A stretch of 64,000 bases of DNA from an uncultured Gemmatimonadota bacterium (GTDB taxonomy: Bacteria > 4572-55), in the NCBI GenBank assembly GCA_964404765.1, contig CAYOLL010000002.1, positions 6,604-70,603 of the forward strand, written 5' to 3'. The notes under the pieces are model-generated. The model was not told where the DNA came from, searched no databases, and saw only the letters and a list, made by a program, of their open reading frames with translations. Position numbers and translations under genes: made by a program. Shown in pieces: positions 45,317-53,228 of this stretch (its first letter is position 1; each line of letters starts with the position of its first letter).

Positions 45317-46075
45317 ATGAGGGTTTTTATGGATCGCGAATACTTTTACCAAATGATTCAGGGCGAAGGCAAATTCGACTATGAGCTTTACCTCAACACG
45401 CCTCGACTTCTGACCTGCCAGAAAGAGTTTAAAGATTTTTGTAATCCGGACGAATTACAGTTTCAGGTTGTCCATCAATCGGAAGAATTATGGATGAAGC
45501 TGCTGGCCTACACGCTGCTGGATATTGACGACTATTTGCAAGCCGCTAACACCAACCGGGTTCTGACCTTGTTTGCGCGGGTTTACAAAATCCAACGTCT
45601 GATGACAGACCAATTGGCCCTTCTGGAAACCATGTCGCCCAAGGAATATCAGGAAATTCGGCTGCAACTCGGTAATGGCAGCGGTCAGGAATCGCCGGGC
45701 TTCCGCACGCTGCGCAAGATGTACAAACCTTTGTGGGATTCTTACAAAGCCACCTATCTCGATGCCCGCGGCCTGACGATTGAAAAAATCTACGACTCGG
45801 AGTACAAGCATGACGACGCCTACGTCATTGCTGAGGCTTTGTTTGAATTTGACCTGCAATTTCACAACTTCTTATACCATCACATCAAATTAATTCATCG
45901 CAGCATTGGCCTGCACGCCAAATCGCTTAAAGGGCGCTCGGTGGATATTCTTAACCAGGGGTTGCAAACCCAATTTTTTCCGGAATTGTGGGCCATTCGC
46001 AGTGAAATGACCGATCGCTGGGGCGCGCAATACGGTGTTAAACGGGAGTCACTTAGCCATGCCCAGCCCAATTGA
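45317..46075 (+). CDS. kynA: Tryptophan 2,3-dioxygenase
   Basis: 'YELYLNTPRLLTCQKEF...PDELQFQVVHQSEELWMKLL' follows the TDO pattern (Y..YL.LdkLL..Q...pdE..F.v.HQ..ELWfK). Confidence 0.8.
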   Translation: MRVFMDREYFYQMIQGEGKFDYELYLNTPRLLTCQKEFKDFCNPDELQFQVVHQSEELWMKLLAYTLLDIDDYLQAANTNRVLTLFARVYKIQRLMTDQLALLETMSPKEYQEIRLQLGNGSGQESPGFRTLRKMYKPLWDSYKATYLDARGLTIEKIYDSEYKHDDAYVIAEALFEFDLQFHNFLYHHIKLIHRSIGLHAKSLKGRSVDILNQGLQTQFFPELWAIRSEMTDRWGAQYGVKRESLSHAQPN

Positions 46076-47243
46076 ATCCATGCGTGAACAATTTCGTGTC
46101 CCGGACGGCATTTATCTGCTAAACCATTCCGTCGGCTGCCAGCCACACCGGACAACTGCTGCATTGGAAAATTATCAGCGCTTGTGGGCGGAAAAAGGCG
46201 GCGAAGCCTGGGGCGATTGGCTGACTTTAGTGGACGATTTTCGGCAGGCTTTGGCCGGATTGCTGGGCACACGTCCGGAAGCCATTTGTCCGCAAACCAA
46301 TATTTCATCGGCCTTGACCAAGATTTTAGCGGCGTTGCCGTCGCGGAAAAGTCGGACAAAAATCCTTTTGTCGGAGTTGGATTTCCCGTCCATGGGTTTT
46401 GTGTGCGATCAGTTCCGGGTGGCGGGTTATGAGCCGGTATTTTTGCCGGGCGAGCAAGGGCGGCTGCCTCTGGCACAATGGGCGGAGGCTTTGCGGGACG
46501 ATGTGCAGATTGTTCTTATCACCCACGTTTTGTCGGAAAGTAATTACCGCTGTCCGGTGGCGGATATTTGTCGCCTGGCCCGTGAGCGCGATATTTTTTC
46601 CGTAGTGGACGTGGCTCAGTCTATTGGCGTTGTGCCGATTGATATGGGCGAATGGCCGGCGGATTTCGTTATCGGCTCTTGTGTCAAGTGGCTGTGCGGT
46701 GGGCCTGGCGCTGGTTTTTTGTGGGTTGATTTAACCCGAATTGGGGAGTTTAAACCAATTGATGTGGGCTGGTTTTCTCACCAAAACCCCTTTGAATTTG
46801 ATATTCGACATTTTGAGTACAGCGCTGATGCGCGGCGTTTTTGGGGTGGTACGCCGTCGGTGCTGCCCTATGTGACAGCGGCCGCCGGTATTGCGGAATT
46901 GTCGCAAATCGGCCTGGCAGCTATCTCCACCCACAATCGGCGGTTAACCGATCACTTGACGCAAAGCGCTCTGGCCTGCGGTTTGACGGTTAACTCGCCG
47001 CATCAAGCGGACGAGCGCGGAGGCAGCGTCGTCATTGAGTTCTCGGATCGCAGTAAAGCCGCCGCCATATTCCGCGAAGCCGGCATTCGCGTGGATCAGC
47101 GTCCCAAATTCGGCTTCCGCTTCTCGCCGCATATCTACAATTCACTGGCCGAAATTGAGCAGGTTTGTGAGCAGCTTGGTCGGTTCAAGAATTGTCATTA
47201 TGCCAACATGCATTCAAAACAAAGGCATGTCTCCGGCACTTGA
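46059..47243 (+). CDS. kynU: Kynureninase (class V PLP-dependent aminotransferase fold)
   Basis: Class V fold and length ~395 aa. It overlaps or abuts the kynA stop. Alternative starts in the same frame are ATG 46080 and ATG 46035. Confidence 0.65.
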   Translation: MPSPIESMREQFRVPDGIYLLNHSVGCQPHRTTAALENYQRLWAEKGGEAWGDWLTLVDDFRQALAGLLGTRPEAICPQTNISSALTKILAALPSRKSRTKILLSELDFPSMGFVCDQFRVAGYEPVFLPGEQGRLPLAQWAEALRDDVQIVLITHVLSESNYRCPVADICRLARERDIFSVVDVAQSIGVVPIDMGEWPADFVIGSCVKWLCGGPGAGFLWVDLTRIGEFKPIDVGWFSHQNPFEFDIRHFEYSADARRFWGGTPSVLPYVTAAAGIAELSQIGLAAISTHNRRLTDHLTQSALACGLTVNSPHQADERGGSVVIEFSDRSKAAAIFREAGIRVDQRPKFGFRFSPHIYNSLAEIEQVCEQLGRFKNCHYANMHSKQRHVSGT

Positions 47244-47359
47244 AGCTCGGCAAACTTCCGAATTGGCACACTGCTTAAGTGCCGGGGACATTACCGTATT
47301 TTGTGTATTTCGTGGTGAATATACTTTTAACGGGCACAATCTTTCATTATTAGGGCATG

Positions 47360-47432
47360 TCATTTCGGCGCGTTTTTAGCCGGAATCTTCTTACAGACAA
47401 ACAAGATGCCGGATAAAAACATTCCGGCATGA
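47360..47432. repeat. Family-2 double-hairpin element, copy 3
   Basis: tgtcatttcggc-gcgttttta-gccggaat ... atgccgg-ataaaaacatt-ccggcatgaca. Stem positions covary relative to copies 1 and 2. Confidence 0.6.
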
Positions 47433-47788
47433 CAGTGAACTTGAAAATGAAATAATGTGGCCGTTGTCCGTATAATTCAGGTAGAAAGAGTTGGAGTCGG
47501 ATTTTGACGCTTTCGACGGCTTTTTCTGCCAAAGATAACTTCCTTGCCAGGCTACCGATTTTTTACCGCAGTTTTTTTCGTTTAAGCGCGTAAAAGTAGA
47601 TTGACAAGTAGAGGTTTTGGGGGTAATTTGCGCGCTGGATTTTTGTACGACGACGGCTTAGTTTTTTGCAACATGGGAAATTTGGTCAGATTTTAATACC
47701 GGCAATATAGCATTTAAAGACATAGAACCCCCATTTTAACCTGAATTATGCATCATCATAAACAATTCAGGCTAAAGGAAATGATGAC

Positions 47789-48652
47789 ATGGCCTGGTTT
47801 AGCAAACCGAAATTCGGCGGGATCGCCACCAACAAGAAAAAAAGCGATATTCCAGAAAATTTATGGGCGAAGTGTGAGCAATGCCACGAAATTTTGTACC
47901 GCCCTGAATTGGAGCGCAATCTATCGGTCTGTATGCATTGCAGTTTCCATTTTCGTATTGGACATCGCAAGTACGTGGAATTGTTGCTGGATGAAAACTC
48001 GTTTGAAGAAAAATACGGCAATATCCGTTCAACAGACCCGCTGGACTTTCCCGATTACAAAAAAAAGCTAAAAAAAGGTGAGGAAATTTCCGGCATTCCG
48101 GAAGCCATCGTTGTCGGCATGGGTTCGATCAACGGGATTCTGATTGCGGCCGGCTTTTCCGATTTTGGCTTTATGGCGGGTAGTATGGGTTCGGCGTTTG
48201 GTGAACGATTGTATCGCATCATTATGGATGCCGCGGAAAGAAAACTGCCCGTTGTGATTATTTCTGCCTCGGGCGGTGGCGCCCGGATGCAGGAAGGCAT
48301 ACTTTCACTGATGCAAATGGCTAAAGTCAGCGCCGCGCTGGACCGCCTGAGCAAAGCCCGTCAGCCGTACATCTCGGTTTTGACCCATCCGACGATGGGC
48401 GGTGTGATGGCCAGCTTTTCCTCGGTCGGCGATGTGATTTTGGCTGAACCCGGCGCATTGCTGGGTTTTGCCGGGCCGCGCGTAATTCAGGAGACCATCG
48501 GTCAGGATTTGCCGGAAGGGTTTCAGCGCTCGGAATTTCAATTAGCGCACGGCATGATTGACACCGTTGTATCCCGCAAAGATTTAAAATCAACCATTAC
48601 AATGATATTGAACCATTTGCTGAAACTCCCACCGCGAGGTAATCTCCAATGA
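47789..48652 (+). CDS. accD: Acetyl-CoA carboxylase carboxyltransferase subunit beta
   Basis: N-terminal zinc ribbon 'CEQCHEILYRPELERNLSVCMHCSFHFRI'. Carboxyltransferase core 'GGARMQEG'. Confidence 0.9.
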   Translation: MAWFSKPKFGGIATNKKKSDIPENLWAKCEQCHEILYRPELERNLSVCMHCSFHFRIGHRKYVELLLDENSFEEKYGNIRSTDPLDFPDYKKKLKKGEEISGIPEAIVVGMGSINGILIAAGFSDFGFMAGSMGSAFGERLYRIIMDAAERKLPVVIISASGGGARMQEGILSLMQMAKVSAALDRLSKARQPYISVLTHPTMGGVMASFSSVGDVILAEPGALLGFAGPRVIQETIGQDLPEGFQRSEFQLAHGMIDTVVSRKDLKSTITMILNHLLKLPPRGNLQ

Positions 48653-49854
48653 AAATCCGATTGTCCGACCGTGTCAACACGGTGCCGCCGTCAGAAACGA
48701 TGGCCATTACCAACAAAGCTAAAGCCATGCGTAAGCAAGGGTTAGACGTGATTATGATGAGCGCCGGCGAGCCGGATTTTGACACGCCGGAGCATATTAA
48801 AGAAGCGGCGCGCCAGGCGATGGCCAAAGGCTACACCAAATATACGCCTTCTTATGGTATCCCGGAGCTGCGCCAGGCGATCTGCGATAAATTCAAGAAA
48901 GATAACAACTTAATCTTTAAGCCGGAAGAAACGATTGTCAACAGCGGGGCCAAACAATCCATCTACAACCTGATCATGACGCTGATCAATCCCGGCGATG
49001 ACGTTATCGTGCCTGCGCCGTATTGGGTCAGCTATACCTCGATGGTCATGCTGGCCGGCGGCCATTCGGTCATCGTCAATTCCGATATTCACTCGGATTT
49101 TAAAATCACTCCGGCGCAATTGGCAGCGGCGATTACGCCCAAAACCAAGCTGATGATTTTCTGCAGCCCCAGCAATCCAACCGGCAGCGTCTACACGCGT
49201 GATGAAATCAAAGCGCTGGCGGACGTATTGCTAAAACATCCGCATGTTTACGTGATTTCCGACGAAATCTATGAATGCATTGTTTATGACGACCATCGGC
49301 ATTTTAGCATGTTGGAAATTGCGCCGGATTTGCGGGAACGCTTTATCCTGTGCAACGGCGTATCCAAATCCTGGTCCATGACCGGCTGGCGTATTGGTTA
49401 TGCCGCCGCGCCGGTGGAAATCATCGAAGGCATGAATAAGATTCAAAGCCAGAGCACATCGCATCCCGATTCAATTGCCCAATGGGCCGCCGTGACCGCC
49501 ATGACCGGTCCAACCGACGAACAGCAAAAAATGGTGCGCGCTTTTCAAGAGCGGCGCAATTACATCGTCGAGCGAATGCGCGGCATGGACGGCTGGCAAA
49601 TTAACAAGCCGCAGGGGGCGTTTTATGTCTTCCCCAGCGTAGAAAAGCTGCTGGGCCGGACAACGGTAAAAGGCCAGAAGATCGCCACCTCCAACGACTT
49701 AAACGACTATTTGCTGGATGAACACCTGGTGGCCGGCGTACCGGGCGAAGCGTTTGGCGCGGATGGTTATATTCGTTTCTCCTATGCCACGTCCATGGAA
49801 AACATCCAAAAGGCGCTGGATCGTATTGAAAAGGCGACCGCCGCTTTGCGTTAA
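48649..49854 (+). CDS. Class I/II PLP-dependent aminotransferase (aspartate aminotransferase-like)
   Basis: '...NPTGSVYTRDEI...' and the PLP-lysine context 'GVSKSWSMTGWRIGYAAAP'. It is translationally coupled to accD by the overlap ATGA. Confidence 0.85.
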   Translation: MKIRLSDRVNTVPPSETMAITNKAKAMRKQGLDVIMMSAGEPDFDTPEHIKEAARQAMAKGYTKYTPSYGIPELRQAICDKFKKDNNLIFKPEETIVNSGAKQSIYNLIMTLINPGDDVIVPAPYWVSYTSMVMLAGGHSVIVNSDIHSDFKITPAQLAAAITPKTKLMIFCSPSNPTGSVYTRDEIKALADVLLKHPHVYVISDEIYECIVYDDHRHFSMLEIAPDLRERFILCNGVSKSWSMTGWRIGYAAAPVEIIEGMNKIQSQSTSHPDSIAQWAAVTAMTGPTDEQQKMVRAFQERRNYIVERMRGMDGWQINKPQGAFYVFPSVEKLLGRTTVKGQKIATSNDLNDYLLDEHLVAGVPGEAFGADGYIRFSYATSMENIQKALDRIEKATAALR

Positions 49855-50072
49855 GCGTATCAATCCGCCAGGCAAGATTGACCTGCGCGTTATACTTTCT
49901 TCATTATTCACCAACTAAAGAAGGTAGCTTATGCCGGAAAAGAAAATCAAAAAGCGAAAGCAAATAGCACGGTGGTAACTGAAGGTTTTGAGCAGATCGA
50001 TGCCTACTTTAAAGCGATTGGTTTTGACCCGCAGAAAATAGCTCTTAAAAGTGATTTGGATGACTTCAATCA

Positions 50073-52019
50073 TCAATCGGTCTGATCTGTCCTGGGACTA
50101 TTCAGGCCGAAAGCGCGCCAATCCTGCATTGCGCCGGAGGACATCATATCGTGCGCGAGTTTGCGTAATTCATCGGCATCTAACTTAGGTAACTGCTGGA
50201 TAATGCTTTTGTCGGCATTTATCTCCGGATATTGGCGGGGGTTGGCGGCGATACGCCGAACCAGTTCGGTAAACACCTGGCGATTAGCTTGCCCGTGGGC
50301 GGTTTTTGCGCCAATGTCCGGCGTCATTAATTCCGACAGGGTCAAAAAAGGGAATTCGCTATGGTAGATTTCACTGAGCTTGGCGCGCATTTCCAACAAC
50401 GGCGCAGCCGTCAAGTCCGTAAAGATGCGGTCAATGGCGTGCTGGCCCTCATGCTGAAAAACGCCGGCCACCGTGAGTTTTTGGCTAAGCTGCTTGACAA
50501 ATTCAAAATGCCGCTCGGTTTCATCTGCAAACTGCCGTTTTGTCTCGACGTTCCAAATCTCCAACTCCTTGAATCGCAATGTGTTTTGCAACTGTCGCGA
50601 ATAAAAAATATCAGCCGGCATTTTCGAGGTAGCAATTTCAATTTCGTGGGCTTCCTGTTCAACGCGCTGCCGCGAAATCGGATCTGCCATAATCCACCAG
50701 TCGCGCACAGCCCGCAAGCTATACGGCGGACGCACCTGATAAACCGTGTAAATATCTTCGGGACTACTGATGCCCCCATGTTGGGTTTGATATTGCCAGG
50801 CCCAACTGCCGAAGCCATTGCTGACCATATAATCCAGATAAATGGCCCGCACTTTTGCTTCGCGCCCCCATAGCTTTACCTGCCGCGTTTCGTCTGCTAC
50901 AATGTGACCAAAGTGACAATCATACACGCCGTCGGTAAAGCCGAGCATAAGCACGCCTTTATATTCGGCGCGAATTTTAGTCGTGAACCGCTGAAAGTAC
51001 AGTTCATCAAAACGATAGGGCGGCTGGCCTAAGTCCGGGAATAGACGGGCAGCTTGAACCAACACATCCCAAACCTCGCGCTGAAACAAATGATCGTTGC
51101 CTTTCCCATTGACGATCCGAAAATAGTGGGCATCGGCAATCGCCTTCATATTGTCCATAAACTGGATGTATAGCTGCAAACGGCTCCATTGTTGACGGAC
51201 TTTGAGTGCCCGGGGGTCTTGTTGAATCGCTTTTTCCAGTACCAGGCGGGCTTCGCGAAAGAGCATCAGGCGTGTGTAAACGTCCGCCAACTGCAGATAG
51301 ACCGAAACGTTTTCCGGATCAAGTTCGACCGCGCGGATGGCGCTGCTAAGCGCTTCATATTGGTCGGCCAAAAATGCCGGGGCCATGGCCGGATCAAGCT
51401 GCATCTGGTCAAGCTGCCAGATTTGGAGCGCGTGGCGATAGGCGCCGGTTTGCACCAACAGTTCGTGCAGCAGTCGATTGGCCGGATAATAGTAAGGTTC
51501 GCGGGCGATGACGGCGGCTTCCAAAGTTTCAATGGCGGCATCGATTTGGCGGGCCTCGGCCTGCGCCCGGGCTAAGTGGAAAGTATATTCGTAGGAGAAA
51601 GGCGGCTTAAGCAGGATGGCTTGTTGAAAGTGGGCGATGGCTGCGGTAAAATCTTTTTGCTCCTGGTAGATTTGGCCAAGCAGCAAATGGTTTTCCGGAT
51701 TGTCTTTATCGAGATGCAGCGCGCGGCGGGCATAATCTAAGGCCGTATCGTAATCCCGGCGGTAATAGGCGTAAAAATTAGCCAGCTTATGGCAGCTTAC
51801 GCCGTCTTTGGGGGAAATCCGCAATGCCCGCTGCAACTGGCCGATGGCCTCGTCAATTTGGTGACGATAGTAGGCGACGTCGGCCTGATAATGATGATAG
51901 CTCAACGACTTCTTTTGACCATGCAGAGTCAAACAGCCGGCGGTGTATATCCATAAAATCAGAATGAAAACGATATGTTTAAATCGACTGTGCTTTTTCA
52001 AGAAAGTTGACCATATCAC
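50073..52019 (-). CDS. TPR-repeat protein with an uncharacterized ~330-aa C-terminal domain
   Basis: N-terminal signal/TM segment, then multiple TPR-like repeats, for example 'AIAHFQQAILLKPPFSYEYTFHLARAQAEARQIDAAIE'. The C-terminal half was not recognised. Confidence 0.5.
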   Translation of the reverse strand: MIWSTFLKKHSRFKHIVFILILWIYTAGCLTLHGQKKSLSYHHYQADVAYYRHQIDEAIGQLQRALRISPKDGVSCHKLANFYAYYRRDYDTALDYARRALHLDKDNPENHLLLGQIYQEQKDFTAAIAHFQQAILLKPPFSYEYTFHLARAQAEARQIDAAIETLEAAVIAREPYYYPANRLLHELLVQTGAYRHALQIWQLDQMQLDPAMAPAFLADQYEALSSAIRAVELDPENVSVYLQLADVYTRLMLFREARLVLEKAIQQDPRALKVRQQWSRLQLYIQFMDNMKAIADAHYFRIVNGKGNDHLFQREVWDVLVQAARLFPDLGQPPYRFDELYFQRFTTKIRAEYKGVLMLGFTDGVYDCHFGHIVADETRQVKLWGREAKVRAIYLDYMVSNGFGSWAWQYQTQHGGISSPEDIYTVYQVRPPYSLRAVRDWWIMADPISRQRVEQEAHEIEIATSKMPADIFYSRQLQNTLRFKELEIWNVETKRQFADETERHFEFVKQLSQKLTVAGVFQHEGQHAIDRIFTDLTAAPLLEMRAKLSEIYHSEFPFLTLSELMTPDIGAKTAHGQANRQVFTELVRRIAANPRQYPEINADKSIIQQLPKLDADELRKLAHDMMSSGAMQDWRAFGLNSPRTDQTD

Positions 52020-52103
52020 GCTATTCAGTAAAGTCTAAAAATAGAACACGGATGACACGGAAAGCGCACGGATTTACACGGATAAAGCTTTTTTAACGTT
52101 AAT

Positions 52104-52421
52104 TCATGCGGGGCACAAAGCGGCGTGATTTCGGTTTCCCAACCATTTTTTGAGTGAGGTTGAACTCTCGCCCGAACGCCGTCCGGCCAGAATTCCGGCA
52201 ACAGTCAAATCCTCGTCCAAATCCGGCCAATGAATGTACGCACCGTCGCCGATGATCCGATAATTGTCGCGCTCTTGCGGTGTGCCGTGCCATAAGCGCG
52301 GATACCACATCAATGGCGCAATGATCGTCCGACCGTCGGTCAAGTCGATTTGCAATGCGTCATCGCTGATCTGAACTTGCCGGGCGTGCGCGTCTTGGAT
52401 TTCATTGATTAAAGAACTCAT
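52104..52421 (-). CDS. DUF2442-family protein
   Basis: 'ISDDALQIDLTDGRTIIAPLMWYPRLWHGTPQERDNYRIIGDGAYIHWPDLDEDLTVAGIL' is the DUF2442 signature. Confidence 0.75.
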   Translation of the reverse strand: MSSLINEIQDAHARQVQISDDALQIDLTDGRTIIAPLMWYPRLWHGTPQERDNYRIIGDGAYIHWPDLDEDLTVAGILAGRRSGESSTSLKKWLGNRNHAALCPA

Positions 52422-52645
52422 CCCACTTCTCCAGAAAATTTTCCTGATGCTCTTCGATCAAGCGGGCGATTTTATTCAGTTCATTCCGGCTAAAACCACC
52501 CGCATTTTGCAGCACAATTGGATCAAGCCAGAATTTTGCCACCCTATTTTCTATTTTCGCGTTGGACGTGAATGTGGGCCGGTTCGCCTTTATCCAATGC
52601 GACAAAGAAAAAGCGATACGGCCCAAGTTTCATCACGGTTGGCAT
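52402..52645 (-). pseudogene. DUF4160-family gene interrupted by a frameshift in an A-rich tract
   Basis: Frame A reads 'MPTVMKLGPYRFFFVALDKGEPAHIHVQRENRK*', which is the DUF4160 N-terminus with its His motif. Frame B continues '...ENRVAKFWLDPIVLQNAGGFSRNELNKIARLIEEHQENFLEKWDEFF'. The frames switch within gcgaaaatagaaaatagg. Confidence 0.6.
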
Positions 52646-52716
52646 TGCTCAATCCTTAAACTTAAAGCCATCAAATCCACAAAGTTCAACTTTGCAACAT
52701 TTCCTGATACCTTCAA

Positions 52717-53190
52717 TCAATTGAGGTTACCTTTTGGCAGCGTTTTGGAAAAATGGTCGTCCAACTTATCCAAAACGGCCAATCCTTTTGTTCGAGAGCC
52801 TTTTGCCGCTAAAGCACGGAATCGAACTTCCGCGACGTGCGCCTTTAACATTGTCGGTGAAACGTCTACGCCGGTGGCTTCGGCCCAGACTAAAGCTTCC
52901 AGTTCGCGGGCTTCGTCGTTGGCCATCTGGCGATAAGCCGCTTCGAGATTGAGGTCTATGGGCGAATCCGGGGTGACAAACGATTTTGTTTTCAAGCCTA
53001 AGGCATCCGCCAATTCCGGGTTTTGACGAACATCTTCGTCCAGAAGGATGTAACGCGCCACGGCTAAACGGTCTTTCTTCGGCAGGGCGCAAAACACCCG
53101 GTAAAAGGCTTCAGCCGTGTTCGTTGTTGCAACCTTCCGTACAGGTTTTTTACGACTTAGCAGTATTGGTGATGCGGATGATTGATTCAT
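52717..53190 (-). CDS. Hypothetical protein (157 aa)
   Basis: ORF with a plausible start and no recognised family. It lies between aceE and the DUF4160/DUF2442 pair on the same strand. Confidence 0.4.
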   Translation of the reverse strand: MNQSSASPILLSRKKPVRKVATTNTAEAFYRVFCALPKKDRLAVARYILLDEDVRQNPELADALGLKTKSFVTPDSPIDLNLEAAYRQMANDEARELEALVWAEATGVDVSPTMLKAHVAEVRFRALAAKGSRTKGLAVLDKLDDHFSKTLPKGNLN

Positions 53191-53228
53191 AGAAAGTCTT
53201 CCTTAAAATTGAGTTCACAAACAATAAC

